NCBI GenBank assembly: GCA_021810145.1
Contig: JAJZJL010000001.1
Span: forward strand, 23,045 to 87,044
Length of the DNA stretch: 64,000 bases
Direction of reading: 5' to 3'
Source: Planctomycetota bacterium
GTDB taxonomy: Bacteria > Planctomycetota > Phycisphaerae > WQYP01
Below, in pieces: positions 49,991 to 61,257 of this stretch. Below the pieces are notes generated by a model, which did not search any database, was not told where the DNA came from, and saw only the letters and a list, made by a program, of their open reading frames with translations. Within the stretch, counting starts at the first letter, position 1. Each line of letters opens with the position of its first letter. The translations under genes were made by a program, and so were the position numbers.

Positions 49991-50863
49991 TCAGACGCCC
50001 GGGCCGCTCATGACCATTTCGTTTGGTGCAATGGTCGTGCCCGGAGCCTGCAGCGATACCACGCCGACAGATTCAGTGGCATCAGCCTTTTGTACTACCA
50101 CATCGCCGATGTAGCGGCCATTGGAATAAATGGTCAGGCGGGTACCTTTACCCACCCCGTCACGCGTACCCAATGAAGCACTGACATAGGTATGGCCATT
50201 ATAGCTGGCGACTTTCAACACCGTTCCGTTGACCTGTACGGATGTTGGCACACCCGCCACCGCAGTGGACAAAGTGGTGGATGTCGGGCTGGAGGTTTTA
50301 GCAGCCACTTCCATTTTCGACATCTGCCGATGCAGCGACGCCACGCTCTCCTGGAGAACCTGGATGGTCTGTCGGGCGATGTTGCGCTCGTTGGTCAGTT
50401 CGGTAATACGGCGACCCAGTTCGGCATTTTGATTCACATACGTCAAGAGCTTCGGCCGCATCGCGTCAAGAACGGTATTCTGCCCGGCAACCTGCTTGTT
50501 GAGAGAACTGACCGTACTGGTCAAATCTGTGATGCTGGTCTGCAACTGGCTTTTTGCCACCCGCAACTGCGCGATGGTTGTCTGGTCATCAGCAAGCTTG
50601 GATTGCAGATCAAGGATCGTATTGTTCAAACGGCCGGCCTTTTCCGCACCCTTCTGAAGCGCTGCGGTAAGTTGTGTCTGCAGATTGGTGTTGGCCTGCT
50701 GGAGTTGGGTCGTCATGGCCTGCGCCGCAATCTGCGCTTTTTGCGAACTCGCCACCTGACTGCGATAGTTCTGTTGCTTATCGGCAAACAAAATAACCAG
50801 AACGGACAGGACCAGTGCCAGCACAAGCTGCAAGAGCACAAACGTTTTTGTTAGAGTATTCAA
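49991..50863 (-). CDS. membrane-anchored Q/T-rich coiled-coil protein with beta-rich C-terminal domain; function unknown
   Basis: N-terminal TM helix, long low-complexity coiled coil, C-terminal VLKVASYNGHTYVSASLGTRDGVGKGTRLTIYSNGRYIGDVVV. Confidence 0.5.
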   Translation of the reverse strand: MNTLTKTFVLLQLVLALVLSVLVILFADKQQNYRSQVASSQKAQIAAQAMTTQLQQANTNLQTQLTAALQKGAEKAGRLNNTILDLQSKLADDQTTIAQLRVAKSQLQTSITDLTSTVSSLNKQVAGQNTVLDAMRPKLLTYVNQNAELGRRITELTNERNIARQTIQVLQESVASLHRQMSKMEVAAKTSSPTSTTLSTAVAGVPTSVQVNGTVLKVASYNGHTYVSASLGTRDGVGKGTRLTIYSNGRYIGDVVVQKADATESVGVVSLQAPGTTIAPNEMVMSGPGV

Positions 50864-51185
50864 GAGGGCCTCCTGTGGGTAAACAAATCCAAATCAGACC
50901 ACGTCAACTTCATGCCAAAGCAAAGACTTTACTCTGACTTTCTCCCGCCATAATTCCAGAAGTTTAATAGCCGGCGGCAACCTGTCAAGGAAAAAATGAA
51001 CAATCGGACAATTCACGGCTCTTTTTTCGCACCCACAAAACTGTTGTTTAACTGAAAACCGCTTTCGCAATCATTCATTTCCCTCTTCAACCGTGCGGCT
51101 TTCATTGCTCTGATCGGATTCTCTCATCATCGGCACCGGCGTTTGATTCAGAACCAGGAAGTTCAAGCACAAAACATAAAAAATT

Positions 51186-52088
51186 TCAGCGGCCGAAGAA
51201 ATCAACGCTCCGCGCCAAGGCCGATCGCAATTCGCTGCGCGGCACGATGCGATCGATAAATCCCTTGCTTAACAGGAATTCGGCGCGTTGGAACCCTTCC
51301 GGCAATTCCATGCGAATGGTGTTGGCTATTGTCCGTGGTCCGGCAAAGCCGATCATTGCTTTTGGCTCGGCAAAAATCAGGTCGCCAAGCATTGCAAAAC
51401 TCGCCGTTACACCGCCCGTCGTGGGATCCGCCAGCACACTGACGAATAAACCGCCATGACGATGATGCCGCGCCAGCGCCGCCGAGGTTTTCGCCATCTG
51501 CATAAGACTGATGGTACTTTCCTGCATACGCGCCCCGCCGGAACATGAAATGATCACAACCGGCAGATGCTCAGCCGTGGCACGTTCCACCGCACGCGTG
51601 ATTTTTTCCCCCACCACCGCCCCCATGGAGCCGGCCAGAAAGGTAAAATCCATGGCGGCCAGAATGATCGGACGGCCCTTGACGAAGGCTCGACCTGTTA
51701 ACAAGCCATCTTTGGAACCGGTAATTTTTTGTGCTTCCGCCAGTTGTTGACGATAGGCTTTTTTAGCTGAAAAGCGGAGTTGATCTGTGGGAGCAAGCTG
51801 AGAATCCATTTCTTCAAAGGATCCGTCATCGGCCAGCATGGCGATGCGCTGGCGCGCTGAAACACGAAAATGGTGCTTACAGCCGGGACATGTGTGAAAG
51901 TTTTCTTCCATTTCCTTGCGAAAGATCATCTGGCTGCATCCGGGGCACGCCAGCCAAAGCCCCTCTGGCACATTCACGTGCTTGCGGGCTGGAGCCAGAT
52001 TAAGAGAGTTATTGACCGGTGTTGATGTCTGTTGCGCCATAGTCATCTGTGTCATCTTGTTTTCCTTATGCCATCCATTGCCATTCAA
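51186..52088 (-). CDS. accD: acetyl-CoA carboxylase carboxyltransferase subunit beta
   Basis: N-terminal zinc ribbon CPGCSQMIF...CPGCKHHF and the carboxyltransferase domain. Confidence 0.85.
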   Translation of the reverse strand: MNGNGWHKENKMTQMTMAQQTSTPVNNSLNLAPARKHVNVPEGLWLACPGCSQMIFRKEMEENFHTCPGCKHHFRVSARQRIAMLADDGSFEEMDSQLAPTDQLRFSAKKAYRQQLAEAQKITGSKDGLLTGRAFVKGRPIILAAMDFTFLAGSMGAVVGEKITRAVERATAEHLPVVIISCSGGARMQESTISLMQMAKTSAALARHHRHGGLFVSVLADPTTGGVTASFAMLGDLIFAEPKAMIGFAGPRTIANTIRMELPEGFQRAEFLLSKGFIDRIVPRSELRSALARSVDFFGR

Positions 52089-52416
52089 GTATTGCCCATC
52101 CTGCGATTATTATAAATCGCCGACAATGCCCGATAACCACACACCCCGCTTCGGTGGCTTTGGTTAAGGTGCTATGATAAGACTCTCAAGGCTGCAAGGC
52201 AATACTTTTTTTTCATTCCATTAACATTGACCATGAACAGGATGCCGTATTTTTCGCTTTTTAACATATTTTTCCAGCCCAAGGCAAAAAAATCGGCTAG
52301 TTTTTTCTTTTTACGAATATTTCGATTTTATTTATCGGATGTTAGAATATCATTGAAATTTTGGCGGTTGAGCGTTGGCTTTCCTGCAATTTGAAAATTA
52401 ACGTATCCTTATACAC

Positions 52417-53895
52417 ATGACCAGTACCATTTTATCTCGGTATCGTCTCTGGATTTTCGGCACCGCGCTGATCGTGGTATTCATGCTCACTGGCCTTGGG
52501 ACCGGCATGTGGTTACTGTTCACCGGATGGGAAAACGGCAGAATTGCCCAGGCGTCGCTGCGCTCAGAACTTCTGGCCCAGTCGCTGCTGGCTCGCACGG
52601 CGCCGGCCAGAAACCGGTTTAAGGGATATTTGCTCTGGGCACGCCCCACCCTGGCTCTTATTTCCGAACATCTGAATTCATACCGGCATGTCGCCTATGT
52701 TCTGGTATGGAAGAGTAATGGAACGGTGGTGTTTCTTGCCACCAGGAATGCAGGACATTGGCAGATTGATTCCTCCTTTCTCGGCCATACACTTGACCCC
52801 ACGCACTGGCCGAGTCCGGTCAGTACCGGCCTGACCCTGCGAACCATTGACCAGGCACCGTGGCAAACGTATGCACGTAGTTACATTGATACACAAATGC
52901 CGTTGAACTGGCCCGGAACACAGGCCATTTTGAGTGTCGGCTATCGTGCCGCAACATTTAATGCCGGTTTCTTTCATGATCTGCATCATGCTATTTTCAT
53001 CCTGGCGCTGGGAAACCTGCTGACCGGGCTGACGCTGGCTATTCTGGCACTGTGGATCAAACAGCGATTTGATAAAAGCCGTGAACAATATGCCAGAACA
53101 CTTCTGGCCCGCACCAGTCTGCTTAGCGAACGCGGCATGCTGGCTTCGGTGCTGGCCCATGAAGTGCGATCTCCGCTGACGGCGTTGCGATTTAATCTTC
53201 ACTTCATGCACAGTTTATTGGATTGTCCGAACAGCGATCCCGCACGCCATGCGGAACTTCTTCATTCGTGCGAACGCGAAGTGCGCAGGCTGGATCTCAT
53301 GCTGGATGACTTTCTTACCCGTACGCAGATTGTCGGTCAGTCGCGCGAAAGTTCACTCAACACCGTCGTGACCGAAGCACTGGACTTCCTGAAGCCCGCG
53401 CTGGCCAATCAGGATATTCGTGTTATTACACACCTGGACCCCACGGATCCGCATGTATCAATCAGCTCTGATGAATTGCGACAGGTGCTGCTGAACTTGT
53501 GTACCAACGCCCAGGAAGCCATGCCAAGATCAGGTTCGCTGGTCATTTCGACTCTTGCCGAACCGGAAAATGCCGTATTGCTCGTGCGTGACAGCGGCAA
53601 AGGCATCGCACCGGATGTTCAGGAACGGTTATTCGATCCCTTTTTCACCACGAAACCGCGCGGAAGCGGATTGGGGCTGGCTCTGGTGCGGCGCGTGGTG
53701 ACAGGAGCCGGGGGCGGTGTGTTCTTTGAAAGTCAGTTGCAACACGGAACAACTTTTCGCATTGTTCTGCCCCGCGCCATGGCTACAACGGCTCAGGCCG
53801 GCAGCGGTACGGATAACTTCAGTGAAATGACAGCCTTGCACGCCACGCTCAACGCGCCAGTGCTGGAATCACCACATTCAGATAAGGGGTCTTAA
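52417..53895 (+). CDS. two-component sensor histidine kinase (2 TM, HisKA, HATPase_c)
   Basis: H-box LAHEVRSPLTAL; N, G1 and G2 boxes near the C-terminus. Confidence 0.8.
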   Translation: MTSTILSRYRLWIFGTALIVVFMLTGLGTGMWLLFTGWENGRIAQASLRSELLAQSLLARTAPARNRFKGYLLWARPTLALISEHLNSYRHVAYVLVWKSNGTVVFLATRNAGHWQIDSSFLGHTLDPTHWPSPVSTGLTLRTIDQAPWQTYARSYIDTQMPLNWPGTQAILSVGYRAATFNAGFFHDLHHAIFILALGNLLTGLTLAILALWIKQRFDKSREQYARTLLARTSLLSERGMLASVLAHEVRSPLTALRFNLHFMHSLLDCPNSDPARHAELLHSCEREVRRLDLMLDDFLTRTQIVGQSRESSLNTVVTEALDFLKPALANQDIRVITHLDPTDPHVSISSDELRQVLLNLCTNAQEAMPRSGSLVISTLAEPENAVLLVRDSGKGIAPDVQERLFDPFFTTKPRGSGLGLALVRRVVTGAGGGVFFESQLQHGTTFRIVLPRAMATTAQAGSGTDNFSEMTALHATLNAPVLESPHSDKGS

Positions 53896-53896
53896 G

Positions 53897-55249
53897 ATGA
53901 TGGAAAACCCTCCCCGTCAACGGGGCAGGATATTACTGGCGGAGGATGATCAAAGTGTATTGGACGCTTTGACCATGGTGCTCAAGCACGCCGGTTATGA
54001 AGTGCTCCCGGCCCGCACGGGCCGGGAGGCTCTGCGCATGTTAGGCGCAGATATTCAGCTGTTAATATCTGATTTATGGATGCCGCAGATGGATGGCCTG
54101 GCTCTGCTGGACGAAGCCCGCCGCACCGTACCGGCCTTGCAGACAGTCATCATTACCGGCAATGCCACCGTACCCAGCGCCGTGCGGGCCATGAAACTTG
54201 GGGCCTTTGATTATCTCACCAAGCCTTTTACCCCGCCGGACCTGCTTGACGTGGTGGAGCGGGCCATGGAACAGGGACGGCTGAACAAAGACTTAAACGC
54301 ACTGGCGGCGGAAATCAGTGATACGCAAATCGAAACCCTCATCGGACGTTCTCCAGCCATGCTGGACGTTGCGCAGTGCATACGCCGTGTTGCCCCCTTT
54401 AAAAGCACCGTGCTGGTGGAAGGCGAAAGCGGCACCGGCAAGGAACTCGTTGTGCGCGCCATTCACCGGCTAAGCACGCGAAAAGATAAGCCTTTCATCG
54501 CTTTCAACTGTGCCGCCGTGCCGGCCAATCTGGTTGAAAGCGAGCTGTTTGGCCATGAACGTGGTGCTTTTACCGGAGCCGATGCGAGAACGGCCGGGTA
54601 TTTTGAAGCGGCCAACGGTGGAACGCTTTTTATTGATGAAGTCGGCGAACTTGAGCTTTCCATTCAAGCCAAGCTCCTGCGAGCCTTGGAATCCGGTTAT
54701 GTCATGCCGGTAGGATCCACGCGGGAAAAGGCGGTGGATGTGCGCGTGCTGGCCGCGACAAACAGCAATCTGGCCAAAGCGGTTGAGGAAAAGCGGTTTC
54801 GCGCAGATTTATTTTATCGCCTGAATGTGGTCCGCATTGAATTACCTCCGTTGCGAAAACGCCCGGAAGATATCGCATTGCTTACCACCTCCCTGGTACA
54901 CCGCCTGGCCCATGAACATCACCTGCCGGAGCCAACCGTTACGCCATCAATGATTGCAACCATGCAGCGTTACGACTGGCCCGGCAATGTACGTGAACTG
55001 CGCAACGCTCTGGAAAGTATTCTTGTATTGCAACAGAAACATATATTGACCGAAGCCGATTTGCCGCAGCATATCCGTAATCCCAATGCTCAGAACCGCA
55101 ACACCGGTCTGGATCTGGATCGCGCCGAACGTGACGCCATTGAAACGGCATTGCGCCAGCATCACAATGATCGTACGGCTACAGCAAACGCCCTTCGCAT
55201 CAGCGTGCGCACGCTGTACCGGAAGATGTCACGTTACGGTTTAACCTGA
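53897..55249 (+). CDS. sigma-54-dependent response regulator (NtrC family: REC-AAA+-HTH)
   Basis: REC domain with phospho-Asp; GESGTGKE Walker A; GAFTGA sigma-54 contact motif; C-terminal Fis-type HTH. Confidence 0.85.
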   Translation: MMENPPRQRGRILLAEDDQSVLDALTMVLKHAGYEVLPARTGREALRMLGADIQLLISDLWMPQMDGLALLDEARRTVPALQTVIITGNATVPSAVRAMKLGAFDYLTKPFTPPDLLDVVERAMEQGRLNKDLNALAAEISDTQIETLIGRSPAMLDVAQCIRRVAPFKSTVLVEGESGTGKELVVRAIHRLSTRKDKPFIAFNCAAVPANLVESELFGHERGAFTGADARTAGYFEAANGGTLFIDEVGELELSIQAKLLRALESGYVMPVGSTREKAVDVRVLAATNSNLAKAVEEKRFRADLFYRLNVVRIELPPLRKRPEDIALLTTSLVHRLAHEHHLPEPTVTPSMIATMQRYDWPGNVRELRNALESILVLQQKHILTEADLPQHIRNPNAQNRNTGLDLDRAERDAIETALRQHHNDRTATANALRISVRTLYRKMSRYGLT

Positions 55250-55328
55250 TACGATATTCATATATCCGACATAATCGTTATGATAAGTGTGCCGGAAAGT
55301 TGATGAATTACCTTTAAAAAGGAAAATC

Positions 55329-55913
55329 ATGAGTCGAGACAAAGCATCCAAACGCCATAAGCGCCGGGCAACCGCCGCTGCCAGTCCGGTTGCCGCGCCG
55401 CGTCCCGATCCAGAATCACTGGAAATTGTGCTTTGGCCGGATCCGGTTTTAACGCGTCGGGCGGGGGATGTGGAAAAAATTGATTCGTGGCTGCTGCAGG
55501 TTATCGAACGCATGAAACAACTCATGGAAAGCCACGAAGGCGTGGGGTTGGCGGCACCGCAGGTTGGTTTGCCCCTGAGGCTTTTCGTCATGGCGGAAAA
55601 AGCCAAGGCGGATCAAGCCATCGCGGTCATTAATCCCGTTCTGGAATTGGGATCCGAAACGCTGGAAGCTGAAGAGGGATGCCTGTCCCTGCCGGGCATA
55701 CGCGGGCAGGTCATACGGGCTAAAAGCGTCACCCTGACTGGTTACGATGTAAAAGGCGGTCCGGTTTCCATGCCCCTGGAAGATTTTCCGGCGCGCATCG
55801 CACAGCATGAAAATGACCATCTGGATGGCGTATTAATTATTGCGCGAATGTCTCCCTCCGCCCGAATCGCACTTGGCAAAAAGCTGCGCGACCTGGAGGC
55901 CCGGGCCGGGTGA
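55329..55913 (+). CDS. def: peptide deformylase with a basic N-terminal extension
   Basis: GVGLAAPQVG, EGCLS and QHENDHLDG are the three Def motifs; start at MSRDKAS. Confidence 0.8.
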   Translation: MSRDKASKRHKRRATAAASPVAAPRPDPESLEIVLWPDPVLTRRAGDVEKIDSWLLQVIERMKQLMESHEGVGLAAPQVGLPLRLFVMAEKAKADQAIAVINPVLELGSETLEAEEGCLSLPGIRGQVIRAKSVTLTGYDVKGGPVSMPLEDFPARIAQHENDHLDGVLIIARMSPSARIALGKKLRDLEARAG

Positions 55914-55997
55914 ACAATCGGTCATATCCAGTCTGGTAAATTTGCTTGCACCAAAAACAACGCCTGCGGCACACCGGATTCCGCTTCTGATACAAAT

Positions 55998-58900
55998 TTA
56001 ATGCGGCGCGTGAACACCGCGAATCATCGTCTGCAATTCCCGATAATCAATTTTACCGGTGCCTAAAACCGGCAATTTTTCCATTCGCAAAATGCTGCGG
56101 ATATGGTGCAACCCGGAAAGGCCCGCATTCCGAATGGCCGCATTGACTTCGGAGCGATCCAGATTGTGTGTGGTTACCAGCAGGAGTTCAGGCGTGTCCG
56201 TTTCCATTGCCGCAATGACAGCCAACGCCGGGCCGGTGTCCGCCGACGATGGAAATTGTCGCTCCAGAACTTCTTCAATTGCCGGAAGAGAAATCATTTC
56301 TCCACCCAATTTAATAAAGCGCTTCAGCCGTCCAACAAAGGTCAGCACACCGTCCGCATCGGCCTTGACCAGATCGCCGGTACGATACCAGGTTTCACCG
56401 GACCATTGCACGAATGGTGAGGTGGTCTGATCACCCAGATAGCCCTTAAAAATACTCGCTCCGCGCACCAGCAGCATCCCCGGTTGGCCCGGGACGCAGC
56501 GTTGCTGTGATTCTTCGTCAATAATGGCCCAGTGAATGGAAGGCAACGGCGTACCAATGCTGCCGGGACGAATCGCGTCTTCCCTCGCCACGGACACAAA
56601 GGGAGAACATTCCGTAATTCCATAACCTTCCAGAATGGACGCCCGCGGACATGCCTTTTTGAGAGAATCGTACACACTCTGCGGACACTTTTCCGCACCC
56701 GTTACGCAAATCCGCACGGATGCCAGAGAATCCTTACCGCTGGCCCGGACAATATTGGAAAGAAATGTCGGCGTGCCCAGTAGAATCGAAGCACGATAAT
56801 TTTCAATCGTGCGCACCAATGCCGTGACCTCATTGGGATTTGGGTAATGAACCACTTTGGCACCCGATAGAATCGGCAGGAGCATCGCCGCGTTCAACCC
56901 AAAGGAATGAAATGGCGGCAACATTCCCAGAAAGCGATCATCCTGCCGAATGTGAAAACTCGCCAGGGCGTCCCGCATGTTGGTTAACAGATTTTCGTGG
57001 CTAAGCGGAACCGCCTTGGGCAGTGATTCCGATCCGCTGGTAAATAAAATCACGGCGGCTTCGCCGGATACCACCTGATCCAATGAACGCCAATACAGTC
57101 GTCCTTTGAGCGCCGCAACAACTTTCGTCCATTTTCCTATTGCGCCGGCCAGTTTTTCCAGCGGCACCATTCGATCGTTTAACGCTGAGAGATCAATACC
57201 CTGCACCTCCAGACGGCTTAAAAGGGCCTGCGCCGTCAGCACCCTGCTGACGGCGGTCATTTCCAGACCATGCTGAATGTTGCGAAGCCCCGTGGTCCAA
57301 TTCACCATCACAGGCGTTTTGCCGGAAAACAGCACCGCCAGAAATACGGTGTCCGCCGCCACCGAAGCCGGCAGCATGATGCCCACGCGTTCGTCCGGGA
57401 TTTTCTTTATTTCCTCGCGCAAGGCGAAGATCGAGGTAATCAATTCACGATAACTCCGGCTGCCCCGCTGAGTATCAGCCACCACAACCTGATCCGGATG
57501 CAATCGAGCCTGCTTCAGAAATACTTCCTGAATGGTGTTGCCTTCCGCCAATTGCACGCGTGCCGATCCAGTGTTGGCCAGCCAACGCCGTTCAGGCGGA
57601 GGTACGCGCGGATCTTTCGTTCCGGCGGCAAGCTTACCACACGCCGCCAGCATCACATCACCAACTGTTTCCAGCGATTCCACCGCCCCCACCGTTACGC
57701 CAAATTCCCTCTCCAGCCACGCAATTAAATCCATAATCGCCAGACTGTCCAATCCTAAATCCCGAGCCAGTTGTTGATCCGCGGTGATCGGGTTAATGCC
57801 CGTCAATGCACCCAGATACCGGCAGACAATTTGTTCGGTCGCCGGAGCAATGGCTTCCGAATGCGAGCGCACCATTTTGGGCGATGCGGGAATATCCCGC
57901 TCCCCGGAGCGGTCCCAAACGCTATAGGGAACATATCGTGCCGCCGGCGCTTCCTGATTATAAAAGCATTCCATATACCGGTTCATTTCCGCCCGGTCTC
58001 CGCTGCGCGGAAAATCTTTTGGCTCGGTCAACGTAATATTAACCTGTCTCCTGGGAGCAAAAAATATCCCACTGGCCAGTAAATCCGGCAAATGGGCTTT
58101 AAATGCCCGGCCCAGCCGGGGGGCCATACCCGCGCCCCATCCAAAACTGCTGCCCCATAAACCTGTTGTCCGCACCAATACCACGCGTACTTCCGGCAAC
58201 CGGGCTAAAATGCGTTTCACCGCACTGGCACTGCCCAAATCAGTCGTCTGCTCCCGCATTAATCGCCCGGCAGGATACAGCAGTACATTATCGCCCTGCC
58301 GCAAGGCCTCTACGCAACGATCAATGGCGCGCTGCACACGATCCGTCTTTCCCGCTTCGATACCGGACATTTCCGGTATTGGCAGAACGCCAACGGTGCC
58401 GGCCAATGTTCTGACCAGCGGATGGCGAATCTGATCTTCCGCGGTTAACGGGCGTACCGCAAAGCTTTCGTGCAGATGGGCCACCATAATGACCGGATCA
58501 ATCAATGCCGGATGATTCGGCAGAAAAAGAATCCCAACCCGGCCTTTTTCTTTAATCTCCGCCGCACCATTCACAGTCACACGATATCGCAGGCGCAGCA
58601 CCAACCGTGCAACGCGGCACAATAGCCGTCCCACCCATTTTGTTGACCCGCCGGAATTTCCGCCGGCCGTTCGCGCAAAGGCAATCGCGGTCATCGCCGT
58701 CGCGACAATTGTCAGCACCCCGCAGGCAAGAAACACTTGCGTTGGTATCAGCAGTTTTTGCAACGGTATATACAACATACTTCCCATGAGAATACCAGCA
58801 AACGAAGCAAACCACGCCGCGGCGATCACCCGCCCCCGAACCTCCGCTGTGGGTCGCACCTGGAACAAACTCTCCAGCGGCACCATGATAAACCCACCAG

Positions 58901-59951
58901 CGATACCTGATCCACCCAACATAAGCAATACATAAAAAAGCTTCACTCCATGCGGTAATAGCGGCGAGCCTCCGATGAAACAGAGAAATAGAGCCAACGC
59001 CCCCATGGCCGGCGCGACCGCCCGATGGCCGTTATCTTTGGAGATAAATTTTCCAGCCGCCAGACTTCCGATCACAATTCCCAGCAACTCCGCCAGCGCC
59101 AGATAACTCGTGCTCGCATCGTTCAGCCCGAACTGCACCAATCCCATCTTATTAATGACCAGAATCTGTAACGCCGCGACAAACCAGAAATACGTATTGG
59201 CCCCTATCGCTGTTATGAATAAACCATCCTGCCGCAAATGCCATAAATCTCTGATGGAGTTCATCGGGCCTCCCCATGGAAATCTGGCTGAGGGATTAGC
59301 CGCCGGGCGACTCGGTACCGCGAAGCTGATCAGCAAACCAAGCACAGACACGCCCACCAGGGATGCGGCCACCAGCACGCGCCCGAAGGCGAAATCCGCC
59401 AGGTGCCCGCGCTGCGTCAAGGCGACGCCGGCCAACACCACGCCCAGCAGAATCGCCGCGGTGGTGGCGGATTTCAATCGCGCGTTAGCCTTGATGACAT
59501 ACCAGTCCGGATACACATCCGGAATCGATCCAACCAACGCCGGACCAAATATGGTGGCCTGAAGAGCCATGAGAAAAATAACCGCCATGATCACTGACCA
59601 GTTCAATGTCAGCACGCCAAGTGCCGCGGCGGTCAGCAGCACCAATTCCAGCATTTTGGATCCGATGACCACATGCTTGCGGGAAAAGCGATCGGCCATC
59701 CAACCGGCCGGTGCGGAGAATAACAGGAAGGGTATTGTGAAAAATGTGGCAATCCAGCCCTGCAAATGCGCCAGGCCATGTGAAACAGCCAGCAGGCTTA
59801 CCGCCTGCTTCATGAAATTGTCGTTGAAGTTGCCCAGAGAATACGCAGTGGCCATGGCAATGAAACGTGATCGCCCTTTACGAATCTGCCGCCTGTCGCC
59901 ATCGGTTACAGGTAATAACCCGGTACATTCCGCATCCGCAAGTGTCATCAT
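55998..59951 (-). CDS. aas: four-domain fusion: MFS lysophospholipid transporter (LplT-like) - PlsC-type acyltransferase - embedded acyl-carrier-protein-like domain - AMP-dependent acyl-ACP synthetase (Aas-like)
   Basis: 12-TM MFS N-terminus; NHPALID acyltransferase HX4D motif; LGLDSLAIMDLIAWLEREFG phosphopantetheine-site-like; FTSGSESLPKAV AMP-binding P-loop. Confidence 0.7.
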   Translation of the reverse strand: MMTLADAECTGLLPVTDGDRRQIRKGRSRFIAMATAYSLGNFNDNFMKQAVSLLAVSHGLAHLQGWIATFFTIPFLLFSAPAGWMADRFSRKHVVIGSKMLELVLLTAAALGVLTLNWSVIMAVIFLMALQATIFGPALVGSIPDVYPDWYVIKANARLKSATTAAILLGVVLAGVALTQRGHLADFAFGRVLVAASLVGVSVLGLLISFAVPSRPAANPSARFPWGGPMNSIRDLWHLRQDGLFITAIGANTYFWFVAALQILVINKMGLVQFGLNDASTSYLALAELLGIVIGSLAAGKFISKDNGHRAVAPAMGALALFLCFIGGSPLLPHGVKLFYVLLMLGGSGIAGGFIMVPLESLFQVRPTAEVRGRVIAAAWFASFAGILMGSMLYIPLQKLLIPTQVFLACGVLTIVATAMTAIAFARTAGGNSGGSTKWVGRLLCRVARLVLRLRYRVTVNGAAEIKEKGRVGILFLPNHPALIDPVIMVAHLHESFAVRPLTAEDQIRHPLVRTLAGTVGVLPIPEMSGIEAGKTDRVQRAIDRCVEALRQGDNVLLYPAGRLMREQTTDLGSASAVKRILARLPEVRVVLVRTTGLWGSSFGWGAGMAPRLGRAFKAHLPDLLASGIFFAPRRQVNITLTEPKDFPRSGDRAEMNRYMECFYNQEAPAARYVPYSVWDRSGERDIPASPKMVRSHSEAIAPATEQIVCRYLGALTGINPITADQQLARDLGLDSLAIMDLIAWLEREFGVTVGAVESLETVGDVMLAACGKLAAGTKDPRVPPPERRWLANTGSARVQLAEGNTIQEVFLKQARLHPDQVVVADTQRGSRSYRELITSIFALREEIKKIPDERVGIMLPASVAADTVFLAVLFSGKTPVMVNWTTGLRNIQHGLEMTAVSRVLTAQALLSRLEVQGIDLSALNDRMVPLEKLAGAIGKWTKVVAALKGRLYWRSLDQVVSGEAAVILFTSGSESLPKAVPLSHENLLTNMRDALASFHIRQDDRFLGMLPPFHSFGLNAAMLLPILSGAKVVHYPNPNEVTALVRTIENYRASILLGTPTFLSNIVRASGKDSLASVRICVTGAEKCPQSVYDSLKKACPRASILEGYGITECSPFVSVAREDAIRPGSIGTPLPSIHWAIIDEESQQRCVPGQPGMLLVRGASIFKGYLGDQTTSPFVQWSGETWYRTGDLVKADADGVLTFVGRLKRFIKLGGEMISLPAIEEVLERQFPSSADTGPALAVIAAMETDTPELLLVTTHNLDRSEVNAAIRNAGLSGLHHIRSILRMEKLPVLGTGKIDYRELQTMIRGVHAPH

Positions 59952-60298
59952 CGAACCTCGACATACCGCAGGCCACTATCAGCCCGCAATATACGGAGTC
60001 TCACAAACGGCATGCCACCTTGGTGAATCTCTCTAACCAATTGAAAGATAAGTAGTTAGAATTTATTCTCCATAAGGCCGTTGAATCTGAACATACAATT
60101 TATGTGCGCATGATGTACATTTAATGATCTCCGGATACATTTCATCCCTGCTCGGATTCTTGCCTTTCGGCCAGACTGCTTAGCGAATTCCGAATATGTC
60201 CGATGCCAGTTACATTGACCTCTTGTGCGGCTATGGCAGTTGTGACGATCTAAAAGCAGTTGTATGAAACCACTGAACGTGTACAGCATATTGAAAGA

Positions 60299-60662
60299 CT
60301 AAGAGGCAATAACCTTTTGAGCACGTCCCAGTGAGCCGATATTAAACACGCTGGTGTATCCCATCTGTTTAAGGACTCTGCATGCCACGGCACTTCGCGC
60401 CCCGCTTTGACAATGCAGCAGCAAAACCCTTCTTTTGTCCGGTAAATAGCTTGGAGCACTGCTATGCAGGACATCCAGCGGGATATTCATCGCCCTTGGA
60501 AGATGATGGGCCTTGAATTCCGCCGTGCTGCGTACATCCACCAGCAAAGCCCCGCTTTGCAGATGCGCTCTGGCCTTTTGCAGGGAAATAAGCCCGATGC
60601 GCTTAAGCACCAGCAACACCACGACAACCGCGATAACCGATAAAATCAATTGCCAGTTCATG
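60299..60662 (-). CDS. membrane-anchored rhodanese-domain protein (sulfurtransferase-like); start ambiguous (60662 or 60686)
   Basis: N-terminal TM helix, then ALLVDVRSTAEFKAHHLPRAMNIPL...LHCQSGARS with the active-site Cys loop. Confidence 0.6.
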
Positions 60663-60724
60663 CCACTATTGTCATCAGGAACCATCCAATTGCAAATCCC
60701 CGCCCGCCGCGCGGAAATCGGCCG

Positions 60725-60952
60725 CCGGGGTGGAGGCCGCCACCCTGATCCCGTGACGTTGACGCACAATCCTCCGAAACCTCTGCATATCGGTTTGGCC
60801 GCAAAAAAAACAATTTTTCTCACTCTGCATTGTCAAGCCGGATTCCATGCAGCAGCTTTGTAAAATCCGGTGCGGCAATTGCCTGAGATGCCCCGCAAGG
60901 ACGCGAACAGGCAATTGCCGGAAGATGCCGATTTCCCGAATTGCGGGGATTT
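60725..60952. repeat. copy A of an approximately 220-bp imperfect direct repeat (about 90% identity with indels) flanking the AbiE islet; carries an extra 22-nt insert relative to copy B
   Basis: Direct comparison with 63195-63407: shared GGGGTGGAGGCCGCCACCCTGATCCCGTGACGTTGACGCACAATCCTCCGAAACCTCTGCATATCGGTTTGGCCGCAAAAAAA...TGTCAAGCCGGATTCCATGCAGCAGCTTTGTAAAATCCGGTGCGGCAA...GCCGGAAGATGC...AATTGCGGGGATTTGC. Confidence 0.8.
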
Positions 60953-61211
60953 GCACTTACATTCATTTTCATGCGTATCTGGATACACCATGGACAAGAA
61001 CGGCATAAACCCCGAAAATCCGCGAAATTTGGCATTCTCGAAATCACCCGATTCCGCAGCGGTTGAGTTGGAGGCAAACTGGCCTTGGTCGCCGAGTTTT
61101 GGCCCCGCACTTCCGGAGTATATGACATTGGCAGTCGTGACGATGGCCAAAGGCGGCAGAAAGTGTAAGTATTTTTGTTACTGTTTCGCTTAAAGCTTGG
61201 TCCGGGTCTGT

Positions 61212-61257
61212 GACGATAACATTTGAAATGCACGATAACATTTGCTATGTTATCGTG
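61212..61257 (+). promoter_or_regulatory. direct repeat (G/C)ACGATAACATTTG x2 plus 11-bp-arm palindrome CACGATAACAT-ttgct-ATGTTATCGTG; candidate autoregulatory operator of the AbiEi-like gene
   Basis: Read directly from the sequence; overlaps the 5' end of the longest ORF, so the true start is probably downstream (ATG at 61247 or GTG at 61280). Confidence 0.45.
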
